From: Massalongia carnosa
Taxonomy: Eukaryota
Length of the DNA: 64,000 nt
Assembly: GCA_965645245.1 (NCBI GenBank)
Contig: OZ287077.1
Location: forward strand, 2,108,001-2,172,000
Direction of reading: 5' to 3'
Below are positions 37,728 through 50,673 of this stretch, in pieces. Position 1 is the stretch's first letter. Every line of letters starts with the position of its first letter. The position numbers and the translations under genes are program-made. A model generated the notes under the pieces. That model ran no database searches. It had not been told where the DNA came from and worked only from the letters and a program-made list of their open reading frames with translations.

Positions 37728-40700
37728 CTACACTTGCACTCGAATCATACCGACCTCCCCCGATTCCTCCAACCCCTCGAAATCGCTGTCATCCCTCGCA
37801 TCGTCCCCCACCCCCCGTATAACCTTGTCATCCTCCTTGATGTTCACTGGATCCAGCGCCAAAGCAATCAAGTGCGCCCGTCGGTTTTGGCGATCGTAAA
37901 TGACTTCTTCCACGTTCGACCCCTTGCACCGCAAGGCATAGGTGTGGGTTTATCCGTGTTGCGTGATGCAGTTGATTCTCTTTCGGGCCTGCAGCTCGTC
38001 GCGACTCATCCATTCCGGGTCCAACTGAACCAGTCGCCGTGCTTTGGTCATGGTGTAAACCACACCGATGAGTTTGGTGGTGCCAACCAGATACTGTGGC
38101 GAGACCTCCCCGGGGTATTTGCTCATGGTGATCGGGTCTTCTTGAAAGAGCCAGACATTGTCCTGGGTTCGCGACTTTTCGATTGCGCCATGAATGAGCG
38201 CCACATCAGCCTTGCGCACGATGCGAAGATACTACACATCATTAGCGAAGCGCCCCGAGAGGGCCCGAGAGAAGGGGGGGGGGTTGGAAGGGTTCTTCCT
38301 CCGGGGTAATCACTCACCCAGTAGAGCAACAACGCGTTCGTGGGGCCCATGGTGGCAAAACACGCCTTCTCACCTGGTTCCCACGCCTCGTCCATCAGTT
38401 GATTGAGGGCGGCGCTCTTGGGGCAATTGGCAGGCGCGCAAACGTCTCGGATGAAGACCTCGTACGGTGAGTTTGTTCGCTGTAGCTCGTACAAGCGACC
38501 GCCGACCGGCTTGATCCATCCGTTGTCCGCGTTCCGATCTTCCTTTCCCGTGTACGACAGCCTCCGCGTTTTGTCCAGTGTACCCAAGCGCGGGAAGGAG
38601 CTGAGGATTCGCATCCGTCGGGCTCGAAGGAGCCAGTTATTCATGTTCAGCTGGGGTTTGGGGGTCAGGCGAGGGACAGTGGCTTCCCATTTCGCGGTGG
38701 CTTGGTCCAGCTCCTTTTGCAAGACGCTGGTGATGGTCAGAACCTCGCTATTCACCACCTCGAGGAATTCGGGCGGCAGGATGCATTCGACATCATGATG
38801 AATGTTGGGCAGAACATTCGTCAGCGGCTGATCAAAGAACTTGGATCTCGTGGCACTGCGCCTGAGCCAGATGGTGTTCAAGACGATGGAAAGCTTGCGC
38901 ACATGCTCCGGCATCAGCAGTCCACTGTCGTCAGTGCCTTTGACCAGTCGTTTGTGCATGGCCCCGAGCTCTTTGATCTTGGCGAACGTACATTCCCGAG
39001 GCTGCTGCCGATACCGATCTCGGCGCGGCCATGGTTTTTGGGGAATGAGGAGCGAGGAGGCCCAACCGTCCTCCAGGGTGGCGATCCAATTCGCCATTTG
39101 CTCGGGTGAGGTTTCAAACGGCGTTCCCGTCAGCAGCCATTTGCGCACGTGCTTGCCCAGCTGCTTAAAGATCCAATGCGCCGTTCCAAAGCCCGACACT
39201 TCCTGATGCGCCTCGTCCATGCATGCTCGGCCCCATGCGAACATCATAGGCTCTCGGGTTACAGTCGGCCTGGACCTGGCGGTTTTCTTGAGTTGCTGAG
39301 CGAAGATTGTGAATGGCTCCACGACGTGTCGGAGATGGCAATGTTTGCTGGTGATCACAACGGTCGCCGAGGCGTCTACATGATACGAGGCCGACCCGCT
39401 GCTCGGTCCTTTCAGCTCCAACCATTTTCGGTCTTGGATGGGATGCAGACGAGGAACGATTCCATTCATCTTAAAGCTGGTGTATCCGTGCCGTATCTGC
39501 CAAGGGCCGAGCACGGGATCCTACACCAGAAACTTAGACGCATGCCGAAGCCAGTTGGCCATGATCGCCGCCGGCACCACGATGAGATTGGCGCCGAGGG
39601 TGGGCTTGAGGCGAGCCGAAGGACCATCGTCCACGCAGGGGTATTCGATACCGTACGGGTTTCGCGATGGACATTGAGCATTCACGGGCTGTGGCTCCTC
39701 GGCCGTCCCCTCCTTCAGATGCTCGGTCCAGGCCTGACGTTCACGCGCATCCTGGATGTCGCGATACGATTTGACGAGCACGCGATTCAGCGCAATCACG
39801 CCGAGCATTTCAATGGTCTGCCGGTTCCATTCGAGTCAGAAAAGAGGGAGGGAGGAAGGAAGACGAGGATTCCGAGCAGGGAGGATGCGCGCAGATGCGT
39901 ACCTTTCCCAAGCCCATGTCATCCGCATTAAATCCTCCTTTCTGAAACATCTCCATCTCCATCATGACAAAGATCGCAACCGCTTGATACAGATAGAGGT
40001 CCGCCGTGCACCCTTGAATGCGAATTCGTTCCGCGGAGCCGACTTTGCCGGATCGTGACAGAACAGACGTGCACAATCGAGCCATCGATTCTCCTAGTGA
40101 AGATGCTCCGTCACGGTGATGCTCACCAGTTCCATGAGTCTACGTCTTGTATGTTAGCTCGTCGCCTCCCATCGCGCCGAGGGGTTCGCCACTCACTTTT
40201 CTGGCATAGTTGTTGGTCGGTCCGTCTCGTCTGAGATATGACTCAGATCCTCCACGATTCCCGCGCCGATGGTGATGTTCTCCACGCCCGCGGGAACGGC
40301 CGGGGCGGTTTGCTCCGTATCATTTTGATCGTCCACGTCAACGACCCGCTCATGCAACTCCCCGGAAGATGGATTGATCCTGCTGTCAATCGTCTCGTGG
40401 CTGTCCATTGATTTCTTGAGGGTGGAGGGGAGAGAGGTCTGCATCGGTCGCGGAGTTTCCGGCGAAGCGACTGCCACTGGCGAGCTCAAGCCGCGGAAGG
40501 CGTCACCTTCGGCCTCCGCCGCGATTGCGAGGGTCTCTTCTGCCCTCCGTTGCGTGCTCGACGGCTCGGATGACTCCTTGCCCAGCTCGATGGGTGCGGC
40601 GTCTAGGGTCCTTTTTCGAGCTTGATTCTCCGGCAAGGCCTCTTCGTTGCACTGAGGTCGCTCTCTTCGTGGTTGCGATGTCGGCGACAGGCCTGACGAG

Positions 40701-41973
40701 GAGGGTGGATTCACGCATTGGTTCTCGGGACTGTCCGCTGCATCCTTAAGGAGTTGAAGGGAGTCGGAACCCATCTGAGGCGGAGTTTATGGCAAAGGGA
40801 ACGCAGCTGATCGGCTCACGCCGTCGAGGGCATCGTCGTCATCATCAGCGTCGATCTCGATGGCGGGAGTTTCCGCTCCCTTGTTGAGCCTTTGGATTCT
40901 CCGTCGCTTTCTCGGCGGCTCGGATGACTCCCTGCCCGGCTCGGCGGGGCCAGCAGCGTCTTGCCTCACTGGTCGGGATCGGTAGGTCGGCACCATCTCG
41001 TCTTCCAGCTGTTCTCGCCCGCTTCGCTGTGATGGTGGTGAAAGGCCTCGCGAAGGACGTGGATCTAGGCAAATCGGATTAGTCGGGTCTCGGGCTCCCG
41101 GGAAGGAAGGAATCATGATCGCCACATACCAGGTGTGGTCTTAGCGACGAGAGTGACTTGAAAATGCGCATGTGGCCAGCCTTGAGCTCGTGCGTCCATC
41201 ACCGCGCTTTTGAGATGTCGATCCGCCCGGATTTGCATCCATCCGCTCCTTGTCTCATAACGCACGACGAAGTTGGTGGTACGAGCCTGCAGATCCTCCC
41301 CCAAGATCTCGTGCCATCTGGTGAACGATATTCGCTGTATCAGACTGAGGCCGACGTTGCGCTCCGTTGCCTGGTCGAGCACATCTCCTACCGTGCAACA
41401 GGACAGCCGCGGGGTGCCTTCGAGCTGGGCGTGAAGCCCAAAGTTCTCCTCCGGACCTTTGGCGAACTTCTCCGCTTCGGGCGACCTTGTTCTCGGAATC
41501 CCATCGCCACAAGGACGAGATGTCTCTGCCGAGGAAGGAGGATCTCGTGACTCCTCCTGGCCCGGACGATGTCGTTCTCGCTTGCTCCGATTCCGCCGTT
41601 GATTGGACAGGGTTCTCTGGATCAGCGCTTTGCATGTGTTTAGCACAAAAGAGCCCGGCTGATCGTCTTCAAAATAGATTCGATAGGTTTGACTCAAATG
41701 CTCCAGCAACGGCTGGATTTGGATATGATCGTGATTGGTTTTCAGCCCTTGCACCTCATTGTCGGGATGTGCCTTGAACCAAGCCTGAATGGTGTTTTGC
41801 ATCTCGCGCCTTTGGGCAGACGTCAACGATAACGTGCGCTCCAGCTCGGCCATGTTCCTGTAGACTGGACTGTCCTCCCCAGCGTGATCGTCCTCGTACT
41901 TCCTTCTGGTGTCCTTCTTGATCGCATCTCCCTGGGATGACCTTCCCCGATCATCCTCCTGCCCGCTGTCCAT
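37728..41973 (-). pseudogene. SNF2-family (SF2) ATPase/helicase with a long unknown N-terminal region; multi-exon, several stops and frameshifts
   Basis: YQAVA..GGFNADDMGLGK|T, LIVVPAAIMANW, MDEAH, WLLTGTP, CPKS, YLVGT...G..YTM, DPEW..ELQA..RI; introns with GT/CTAAY/AG at ~41130-41066 and ~40197-40140. Confidence 0.85.
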
Positions 41974-42326
41974 GCCGAGTGAGAATAATCCGACAATTCT
42001 CGTAAGCGTCCTGCGATGATGGGCGAACAGATGATGATACGTGATGGGATGAAAAGATGAAAGATGAAAGATGATGCGAAAGGTTGGATGTGGGAAGAAT
42101 CCTTGTCGAAAAGGATGGAGACCAACTGGCACTTGCCGTCATCAGGACGCGTGATTCCGGTGATAACGGCGTGATATAGATAAACCCTGGATCGAAGAAC
42201 GTGTTAACACATATCATCTCGCGTTATGGGGGACTGGGCAAACCCTATGTTCAGTGGTTCACTGAACTCCTGAACCTGCTGCAATCCTAGTGCAAACTCC
42301 TCGGTATGAGTCGAGCGTCTTTGTAT

Positions 42327-44893
42327 GGGAATCAATACCGGGACACCTCTTTTCACAACCTTGACACCCAGAAATGTCTCATCATCTTGGCTAGAGAATG
42401 AAACAGCCGCAATGCTAACAGCCGCCCATTTCACTACATTAACACCCCAAAGTAAGCTAACCAAATCGGGTATAAATTTCCCTCGGGCGGCAGAAATAAC
42501 TGGAGAAAACATGCTCGATTTGATGAATTCAGGTGTGTTTTAGATAGTCGTTTGATGCTTTCTCGATGATTGTTTCATTGAATTGGGCTTCATTTCGTGT
42601 TTACATTTGAAAGGCCTGGAGCAAACCCACTCCATCTACTTCAATCGATTGAATAGCTTCACCGGAGGCCACCCCTTCACCTTGTGACTGCCCTCTGCCC
42701 CGTCCTCGCCCTCGCCCTCGCCCCCGCCCTCGCCCCCGCCCTCGCCCCCGCCCTCGCCTCGGAGGCCCATTCAACACCTCCTCGACATGTTCGAACCCTG
42801 ATAACTCCCGTTGGGTAGAGTTATCAGCCTCGCGTTGAGCTCTTTCCGATTGTAAACGCATCGCGATTGACGGACGCCCTCGGGGTCGGGCTACTACCTC
42901 GGGGTCGCGCACCAATAACAAAGGATCGATGACATTTGGAGGTGGTGATTCGTGGCGATAATAAGCCCGATCAAGGGGCGCTGAAACCACCATTTGATGT
43001 GAATGTCGTCGCGCTGAAGCACATTGGGGGCCGGGCCAGAAAGTCGAACCTAATTGCAATAGAATTAGTACGTTTTCAGGGCTATTTCCTTCAGTTTATC
43101 AACTTTCCTGGATTTCATGAGCACATGGTAGCCCCATTGTTGCTCGAAATGCCCCGGTGCATAATGAAAGAGGGGTCATTTGATCCAAAAGACGTTCGTA
43201 CTGACTATGCACCTTCAACAATGCAAAAGGCGTGATATAAGCCCTTACATCGCTGTAAAGAGGTCTTCGTAGTCGGGTAGGAAAGCTCATTTTAGCCTCA
43301 TCCAGTTTTATCACGTACTCTTGATGCTGATTCTTTAGTAATAAATCAATGTTGTCAACCACCGTTTTGAGATCACCGGTAGAAAATCCCAACTGATGTT
43401 TCAAGACAGCATGGCCCCCCTCCACCCTAGAGGTAGCAATATTGTCGAAATGAAGAACTTTGTCGACGAATGCCTTGACGAATTTTCGTTTATATGGGGC
43501 TAGCCATGTGTCTACCAGATACTGCACTTCCGCTGAATGATCATGTGAATATGCATCATTCAGAGCGTCCCAATTGACCTCATATTCCTCTTCAGTCTTT
43601 GAATAAACCACCGCATGCCACATGCTTTCGAAGGCCATCCAGTCATCGTCGGAATGAGCACTATGTCTAAAACAGGTTTCCAATGCTCCTGAACATTCCT
43701 GTGAATATGCCACAAGCATAACAAATGACGTGTGTCAGGAAACACACTGTAAATAGCGGCCATGAGGCCAATGTCTCGATCGTTTACTACTACCTTTGGA
43801 TAGGAAATATGCAGCATTCGATAAAGGGTTTTTAATTGTTGGAGAAACCAAACATAGTCCTCTTTACGTTCTTGACGAAGAAAGGCAAACCCCACATAAA
43901 ATGAGGTGTTCAGGGCCGTTGTTCCCATTGTTGATATCAATGGTAATTTGTATATGTTGGTTTTATAGGTGCAGTCCATGATTAACACGTCGGGGTTGGT
44001 CATCAGGGTGCTTTGACAGGAATCTTTGCTGAAATAAAGATGTGTTATGCGATCGAGATTGTCTTTGAGATAAAACGAATTCCTACTGCAATTTAGTATG
44101 TAAAACATTGCATCTTCTCCGTACATACCAATGAGGCCGATTTAACTCCTGCATCAACGCCTGAATGGGAGTCAGTCGTCCTAGTGCCTTGTGTCGAATT
44201 TCCGCCTTCGCATTGTAAATATCTTGTCGCTTGAAAAGAGGATTATTGTCATTTATATCGTCAGTCTGACCGAGCCGAAGAGACGAAAGGATTTGACTCG
44301 GTTTCATTTGCACCTTCGTTGCGCGCACAATTTCATCAGCTATAGCTGGGGTGATAGCAAGTTTTCTGAGCGATGGATGAGAGCCTTCCACGGTAGCAGA
44401 GTGATTGTGGCCTGGATTTTGAATATCGCGAACTATCCATTTCATCGTCTTTAGACTTGACCACTACAGAGAAAGGACAGTCAATGGTCCTAGAGGTTCC
44501 ATGTAAGCGTTTCTGTCCTCGAGGCTGACGGTCCTTTCGTCCTCGATCACAACAAATATAACATGTGTCTATCAATCCAGTGGTCGCGCACTTTTTGGTG
44601 CGAAGCTGGCAGACAGCATACCCCTCAGGGCCTGCGTGTTTTTGCATGGCGACAAGAAGAAGATTGAGCGATCCATATGTTTCGTTCAGCATGTGGGTGG
44701 GAGGGGCAAGATTCATATTGATAGCTGATTGGTTAATGTGCATGCAATGACGAATGGAATGCATGCAAATATGAGTGCAGAAATCGAAGTTCCAGCTCCG
44801 GAACGGATAAACAATCCGATTTGGTTAGCTTACTTGGGGGGTGTTAATGTGGGTGTCAAGGTAGTGAAAAAGGGTGTCCCGGTATTGATTCCC
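42327..44893 (-). mobile_element. Mutator-like element (MULE) with long TIRs and 8-bp TSD CTTTGTAT
   Basis: TIRs begin GGGAATCAATACCGGGACACC; TSD at 42319-42326 and 44894-44901. Confidence 0.93.
42601..44716 (-). pseudogene. MULE transposase (FAR1-like, MULE DDE, SWIM-like, AT-hook), frameshifted
   Basis: CDRG..CPF..HNH; MDCTYKTN..LPL; NDRD; CLWH; TSRVEGGH; CTGAF..MGLPCAH; RPRGRP; (RG)n tail. Confidence 0.9.
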
Positions 44894-45089
44894 CTTTGTA
44901 TCGGCGTGCATGAATGAATGGAAAAAATGGAAAGAAAAAAACTAAAAAAATTACAGGGAATTCACCCCATAGTCGCCCGGATAACTACCGGTCCAGTTGA
45001 AAAGACAATGCTACTTGAGATTTCGTCATGTACCGAGGGCCTTACTAAAAATACGCAAGCGTTTTCATCACGCATCGTGGGATCGCCGT

Positions 45090-48000
45090 CTACCATACAG
45101 GATCGGCAGGGTTCGACAACGTGATATCGTCAGTGTCTTCCTTCCAGCTTCCGCCGGCTTTGTCTTCCGTGTCCTTCGCTTCCTCCGCATTCTCCTTCCT
45201 GTCCTCTGCGTTCTCCATCTTCTCGCCGTCTTTCCGCTCCTCCATCGTCGGGGCCCGAGCTTGCTGCTCTCTCGTCAATCGCCATTGCATTCCTCGGAAG
45301 GGGGGGAAAGACTTACTGTCGGCTCGTGGTCATTTCTCTCCATCGTCTCGTCATGTTCCTCGTTTGGCACCACTGTTTGCCCCCAATCGGTCTGTTCTCG
45401 CATCAGTCGCTATGACATCCACTTCGCGGGGCTATTTGGGGAGTACCTACCGTGCAATTGCCCTGCTCGGTGGTGGTCTCGGGGATCTGATCGACGCAGT
45501 CTCCCCGCTGAAGCGAGGATGGAAGATATTCGTTCGACTCCAATTCGGGAACCTTGGCCTCCGCTCGCAGTCGCTTGACATGGTTGAACACATTCCCGAA
45601 GTGACGGCGCTCGTGCGCACGCCCTTTCATGACTCCCTCCACGTCCCCGACAATGATCAGCCCCTCCATCGGGCGCGAGCAAGCCACGTTCACCCGGTTT
45701 CGGAGACGCATAAATCCCAGTTGTTCGGTAGTCACGAAATCCAGAATGATGAAGGGCGCCTCTCCTCCTTGCATGGAGTCCACCGTGCGCACGCAAATGG
45801 TGGACATTTCGGGGCGCGATAGCGAGAGGTTGCGCAATCCTTGCCGGTACAATTTGTATTGCGCACGATAAAAGGTGAGAATCGTCAGCTGCGCGGCGTT
45901 CACCACGGCGCCGTCGATGATCTCAATCGCGAGATTGAGGACGATGGCTGCGTTGGACGGGTTGTAGAGCGATTGCGTATTATCCCGGTGGGATTGGCCG
46001 CGGACCTTGAGGGTCATCAACGGGGAGTGGACCTTGTATTTGGTTCGCAAGAACGCAGTGATCTTGGGAGAGCGGACGCGAGGCAAGCGCGGTTCCCGCG
46101 CCATTGATCAGCCGGCCCCTATAGAACAGGGTGGAGATCATGGTGCCCACGGGAGCGACCATGCGGTATTGAATTTTGAACAGCACCGACGGATGTCCTA
46201 ACATCTTCAGGCGTTGAAAGAAGGATACGCGCAGCGGTTGCATAAAGCCGTTCTCGTTGAGGGTGCTCATCACGACTGGCCGGAGCTGAGCCTCATCGCC
46301 TATCAGAACCAGTGGCGTCTTGGCATAGTTTCCGAGAATGTTCCACATGTCCGGTTCGACGGCGCGTGTGGCCTCATCCACAATGATGAGATGTGGATGA
46401 AACGCCGCGTAACAGCCGGCATCCCCGGAATTGGACACGGTGGTGATGACGACGTTGGCGAGGCCGAGGGTACGTTCTTGCAGGAGCTGACGGGCGCGAC
46501 CGTATGCTTGCTGATTGTGGTCATCAACAACTCACCCGCCACCACGCACCGATAGTAGTCGAGGAACACGGTGTGACTTTGGGGCTCGGCGCGGGGTGCG
46601 GTGGGTCGGTAATGATCCCGGCGATGCGTAACATCCAGGTGGCCAGGCTGACCGCCTGCTGCACGTATCGACGGTCCCGCACCCCATGCGGGTGATGTTG
46701 GGTTTCCATGAACGCCCCGAAAATCATCGGCGCGATCCCCATCAGCGGTAGTTCTTCCTCCCCGTCCCCGTCCTCGTCCTCGTCCTCCTGATCGTCCGGG
46801 TTTTCTTGACGCGTCCGGAGCTCGATCACCTCCGCTTCGGTCTTGATGCTATGCAATCGAATCACGATCGCGTTGGCCGTTCTGGGGTCCATGAGGGCGG
46901 TGGTATAGATGCGGTCGGCTAGTTCGTCGGCGGCGGCGTTATCGGGCGTGCACATGAGGACGCGGGTCTGTTGCCCGGGTGGGATTTAGTCTGAGGTGTT
47001 GCTGGGGAGGTTCGCAGCCAGGTGGGAGGTGGTGGAGGCGGACAACAAGGGCTGATTCGCTTGCGAGTCCGGGTTGGCAATCACGGGTGGAAGGTTGGTC
47101 GGACTCCACAGAAAGGGCTGCACCACGGTCACAATGAACGATGTCTTTCCTGTCGCGGCGGGACCGGTCACAATGCCGATGCCGTTGGGTAGCTCTCGCA
47201 GATAGGTGAGACCGTGAAGCTGCGCTTCATTAAACCGCTGAGTTTGCAAAAGAGCCATGGCGGGTGTGGGACAGGGGGCATAGATGTCGGTGCGGACCGT
47301 GACGTCGATGTTTTTTCCGAGCAGGTACGTGCGCCACCACCCACGCGCTTCCTCCTGAAACAACTTGTGCAGAGCCACCAGCTGGCGTCGGAAGGTCTGG
47401 TCACTCGATGTGATCGCGATCCCGATCATGTGGGCCGGGTCGCGCGCGATGTCCAGGAAGGCCTCGGCGACGGTGAGCATGCTGGCGGGGAGTGGGTTGA
47501 GCTCGCCTTCCACGTACGCGTTCGCTTCCCCGTCCCAGTGACGGAAGAGCGCCACGCACACATCTCCTTGCGGGGCACATGGCAGGGTGTCGATCACCAC
47601 CGCGGTCCAGTCCTCTGTTTCCAAGCGGAGAGCGGGGTCGAAGTTGATCTTCAGCCGGTCGCCGATCTCGAACCGAGCATTGACCTCGTCCGGTTTCTCC
47701 ACAAAGCCGATGTAATGCCCGTCATGCGAAAACGGAACCTCCATCACCCGCAGCTTGAAGACATTCTCCGCGATCTCGGCGACCGAGCGTTGCGCGACTT
47801 CATGCTCGTAGATGCAACCGAAGCCGTAGACGGTGTTGTACTCGGACCACGAGTCGAGTGTGGGCGAGGCGGGAACGCGGACCGGTGGACGGGCTGCGGC
47901 TGGTAGGTAATCCCCAAGTTGCAAGAAGTGACGGCGTGGATGTGATGGATAGAAAGTCGGGTAATCGGGAGCCGTGGGCAGCGCAGCGAGAAAGTCGGCG

Positions 48001-48590
48001 ACGATGGTGCGGACATTGTCGTTGGTGTTAATGAGCAGACGTAGCGGTGCATGGGGGGACGTGTTGATTCGAGTGTGTACTCGCGTCAAATCCGGGTGTG
48101 GAAAGCGTTGCCCTAGTGGAGCGGCGAAACCGTATTGCCGAAGACCTGCCGCGTTGTAGGTGATCGTTAGCTGGTAAACCAAGCTCTGGGAAAGGACGTG
48201 GGCCAATAGCTTTTCCTTTTGCAGATTGGGAAGTACGGTGTCGGGGCTGACCATCTCGATCGCGATGTCTTGGATACATCCCAAGCCCAGGCACACATGC
48301 GCCTCGTGAAGATCGGTGGGTTCTCGTGCTTCTTTCTTCGGCCCAAAGGTGCCATTTCCCGATCGGATGTAGAACGAGAGCTGAAGATAGGATTTCCAGG
48401 ACGGAATGTGCATAAAGGTGATCTTCGGCACCAGAACAGGATCTGGAGCCACCACATTGTTGGTGGTCCCGAGATATTCCTCGTCGCCCATTACAAGGAC
48501 CCCGCGATACTGTTGTCGAGGTTGATTGACCTGCAACACATCGTCCACATCGTTGAGGAAGTCCGCTTGACGAGGAGCCTCTATTGCCAT
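45090..48590 (-). pseudogene. SF1 helicase of the Upf1/Sen1/DNA2-NAM7 type, with a large N-terminal domain; disrupted
   Basis: FNEAQ, VTGPAATGKT, CTPDNAAADEL, IVDEA, LIGDEAQL, QYRM, TFYRAQ, TVDSMQGGE, RVNVACSR, IIVGD; the 3' end is approximate. Confidence 0.88.
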
Positions 48591-49806
48591 GTTGACGAAA
48601 ACGTCGAATGAGAGAGAGATGGAAGATTCGGAAAGCAAAGCTTGGTTAAGGATCAAGTGAGGTGTAAATGTGAGGTTGATCTTGATGATGTGGATGTAGA
48701 TTGAATGATGTCAAGGTGAGCTTGGTTTTTGGTGATGTGGATGTAAACTGAATGATGTAGAGATGAGTGATGAAGTGAATGTTTTGGTTGAACGTTAAAC
48801 TCAAACTGCGAGCAATTCAGCCCGCGGTCGCTCGGATGACTGCCGGTCTAGTCGTGAAAGAGATAACGAGTAGAAAACGAAAGGATTGAAAGAATGAAGC
48901 CACCAGTCAACGTTCAGGATCTCATTGCATTGCAGGCGACTACGACCCGCGCAAGTGACGTTTGTGCCATTATTCTCAGCAGGAATCAAGGAAGACGAGA
49001 CATTGCGGGCCTTTTGCAGCCGAGGAGACTCGAAACATCTGCAGCAGCAACTCTTTTTTCCCTGTATGCAGAAGGAGAGCAGAAGATGATGAAAGGAGAG
49101 TTCTTATCTACAGAAGTTTTTTGATTGACCGCGGCTTAACGAGTACTTTTGAAGCGTGTCTAAAGAGGTGACAACGTCATGTCATTCTTTTTCGGCGTCG
49201 GCGACAAATGATCAAGATGTTTCAGCATCTCAACATGATGATTTACCGAGTCACTGGTTGTCTCTACTTCCCTTCCTCTCCTCCCCTCTTCTTCTCGATA
49301 TCTCTCGTTCTTATCCAGCTCCATAATCGCCGCCTGTCCTTTCATCAGTTATCCTTCTTTTTCTTTCCACGGTTCAAAGTCTCATCGCATTGCGTTGAAC
49401 TCGGAAATACTGTGAGACTTTTACCCTTTGATTCAAACTCGCTGCGTGTCCTTGATGGGTCGATCTCATTCTCGGCGCTCTAGATAATCGTGCTTTCACT
49501 TTTCTCTCGTGCGAGTCGATGACCTTGAGAGCGCTTTTCCTTCAAGGCCATCGACTCCGTGACAACGGGAAACATGGGACATTGACCATTCGCATCAAGT
49601 GTAGAAGACAATATGTCGAAAAGATTGAAAGCGGTCATGAGAAGGGGAGTACTACAGCTTGAAGAAAGATAACCGGCATTATGAGAATGAAGGCTTTGCG
49701 GGATAGGTGGTGAGCGGGCAGAAACACGCGTAGTTTTCCTCCTTCGTGGTGATATTTTCCTCATCAAGACGTTTCTCCCTGAACTTGGGCATGTGTCGTT
49801 CAATCG

Positions 49807-50340
49807 GTGTTTGATATTCACCGTGTGAAACCCATCATTCTGGCTTGTTCCAAGTCACCCATTCCACTCTATCCCATATGCTTAATTGCACCGTTGGTTA
49901 GGGTTATGTTGATGGACCCAGGGGTCAAGATCGACGAAGAGGTGAACGATCGGATGCTCGAGCGGGTGTATCCTTCCAAACCCATCTCCTCCCAGGTCGC
50001 GGCCTCGAACGATCTGGTCAAAACGATTCGAACCAAACGCCTATGCCACATTCAGTCCAAAGCTCGGGCCGGTGGTCGATGGGATGAGCTTGGCCATGTT
50101 CTGGGCGGAGATCAGGGCCTGCACCTCTTCGACCCGGCCCTTCCCGACTCGGTCATGGAACATCAGTCCAATGCCTGGTGGACCCAGTTGATCGCCGTCT
50201 TCCGCGACATCAAGCCTTGGGCGCCTCGCCTCACCCGCGCGTACGCGGCCAGTGTCACTCCGCACGGGACTGATGCCATTCCGGACTGGAGTCGACGACC
50301 CTTGACGGAACCCGCGAAGCCCGTGGAGGAAGCATCTTAG
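49807..50340 (+). CDS. Hypothetical protein (possibly a terminal exon)
   Basis: GC-rich 177-codon ORF with protein-like composition and no recognisable motif. Confidence 0.35.
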   Translation: MFDIHRVKPIILACSKSPIPLYPICLIAPLVRVMLMDPGVKIDEEVNDRMLERVYPSKPISSQVAASNDLVKTIRTKRLCHIQSKARAGGRWDELGHVLGGDQGLHLFDPALPDSVMEHQSNAWWTQLIAVFRDIKPWAPRLTRAYAASVTPHGTDAIPDWSRRPLTEPAKPVEEAS

Positions 50341-50591
50341 GTTCAAGCTCGCATTGATTTCTTTTCTTCTTCGGCGATGGGCTTGTCGGATATTTCCGTG
50401 GATTAAGGTTTCTTTCTTCCTGTTCTCGGTCATCATCATGTTAGCATCATGAGATCGTTTTCGTCGCCGCAGTTCCATTGACTCCGCCCCGCACCCTGAT
50501 GAGATGATTGAGCCCCCGCATTCCCATCATGAGATGAACCGACCTTGATGCCTTGCACATGTAATCATGAAATCTGTCGTTTCAGAATGAC

Positions 50592-50638
50592 AATCACGTG
50601 ACGCTTCGCTCGGGCCCCGAGGGAAGCGTCACGTGATT
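50592..50638. repeat. 47-bp near-perfect GC-rich palindrome
   Basis: AATCACGTGACGCTTC-G-CTCGGG-C-CCCGAG-G-GAAGCGTCACGTGATT. Confidence 0.9.
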
Positions 50639-50673
50639 CATCGTTTCATAGGGCCTGCTTAATTGCCGTAGCA

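Noticed and set aside
37734..48611. Long plus-strand ORFs over the helicase genes
   Set aside because: They are antisense shadows of GC-rich coding sequence and carry no motifs.
36923..50658. GCAGGCCC/GGGCCTGC as TIRs of the helicase block
   Set aside because: Only 8 bp match, with no extension and no TSD; compatible with chance.
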